A DNA stretch of 64,000 nucleotides from Magallana gigas (lineage: Eukaryota), in contig NC_088855.1 of the NCBI RefSeq assembly GCF_963853765.1, forward strand, positions 41,974,001 to 42,038,000, read 5' to 3'. A model generated the notes under the pieces. The model saw only the letters and a list, made by a program, of their open reading frames with translations, did no database searches and had not been told where the DNA came from. Shown here piece after piece: positions 62,719 to 64,000 of the stretch. The first letter of the stretch is position 1; the number at the start of each line of letters is the position of its first letter. The position numbers were made by a program, and so were the translations under genes.

Positions 62719-64000
62719 AGTTTTATATTCATTCTATATTTAGAGGTCGCATAATCAAACACACTGTTGATGTGAGGATCACATGACCTGGTGTTCACAT
62801 TGAGATATATTAAGTTTTATATGTATAGCTTTCTTTCCCAAATTTTGCAGAGGTAAAATTACATTTTCTGTAATATGTTTCAAGCATTTAATCAACTATT
62901 TAGGCAAGGTTTCAGACAATTTTAAGTACAGTAAATGAAAAAAAATAGATTTTTTATCATGTTTATTGTGATTTAGAACCACCAACAAACACTCATTTTT
63001 ATTCAATAACAAGCAACAATCGTCATTGTTTTGTGACGCCATGATGAGTTAACAATTTCTTTGTTCAACTCCACAACAGATCATGACAACATACTCAATA
63101 TAAGTTCTATAACCGGCATTTACTTGAATTGTTCGTACTAAAACTACTCACATACAGCTTTTAAGTCTGATCATATCAAAATCGTCACTGAAATTGATTA
63201 CAAAAATTATATATAAACACCTGAATTGATTGTTAAAGTACTAGTACTGTCTGTTGTTAAAAATGTATGAATATTTTCTGATTTTAAGGCAAAAGAATGT
63301 TAATAACGGCAAGATATTTTAACAATATAATGCTTTCTTTGGTGATTCATGTGGGATATTAAGAAGACAACATTGCAGAAAAAATATATAATCCGTGTTA
63401 GCAGGTTAGGTAATTTTTTTCTGCAATAACGCAGGTTATGTAAATGTTTTCTGCAACGATCTCTACCTTCATAACCCGCATGAATCATCGAAGTAAAGCA
63501 TTTCATTGTTTAAATAATATAAGGATTAAATTTAGGGAATCTACTCACTATCTGGTTAAAATATAACAAACAAATTTTAAGTTGATATTACAACTCTACA
63601 GGTATATCTCACTAAATATGTTTGAGCAAAATTCAAGATCAAATGCAATTATTCATAAATCATTGATGGAACAGCAAGTTGTCCCTGAATAATATAATTT
63701 GAGTTATCTTTCTTTATACATGTATTATAAGAGATTCTCTAAACAATCTTATTAAAAGCAAAAAATAATTATAGTGCAGATAAATTCACTGTTCCTTCTG
63801 CTTCAAGATCTGATATAAAACATTGTTTCAATCCTAAATTGTTCAAATACTTTGATCAGATTATGATAGCAGACACTTTATCAGCTACAAGTAGTTAATA
63901 AAAAACATTGCTTTGGATTACACAACATAAATTATATATAGGAAAAAGAGAGATCCAAGCCCTTCCAAAACAAAACAAAGAGACTGTATGTGAATTAATA

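Overview
AT-rich, intron-containing animal genomic DNA. Dense TACATGTA palindromes, the repeat types present and a coiled-coil C1q gene point to a bivalve, most likely an oyster; this is inference. I built the exon chains by hand from GT/AG sites and reading phase. Genes, left to right: (1) the 5' part of an uncharacterised minus-strand gene with a probable GC-AG intron; (2) a FAAP20-like gene, head-to-head with gene 1; (3) SLC33A1, the acetyl-CoA transporter; (4) an asteroid/FAM120-family PIN nuclease, head-to-head with SLC33A1; (5-6) a tandem pair of secreted AA15/LPMO-fold proteins that have both lost the copper histidine brace and carry low-complexity linkers plus a shared 8-Cys C-terminal module; (7) a Reeler-domain locus with three divergent, intact, phase-1 first exons (signal peptide plus N-terminal half of the domain) but only one set of downstream exons; (8) a 15-exon SLC5A3/SMIT1-like sodium/myo-inositol cotransporter; (9) a C1q-domain gene whose upstream segment is duplicated downstream of it. 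Non-autonomous DNA transposons and hairpin elements are scattered throughout. The strongest novelty candidates are the variable-first-exon Reeler array (protocadherin/UGT1A-like layout) and the His-less LPMO-fold pair. I found no rRNA, intact tRNA or CRISPR array.
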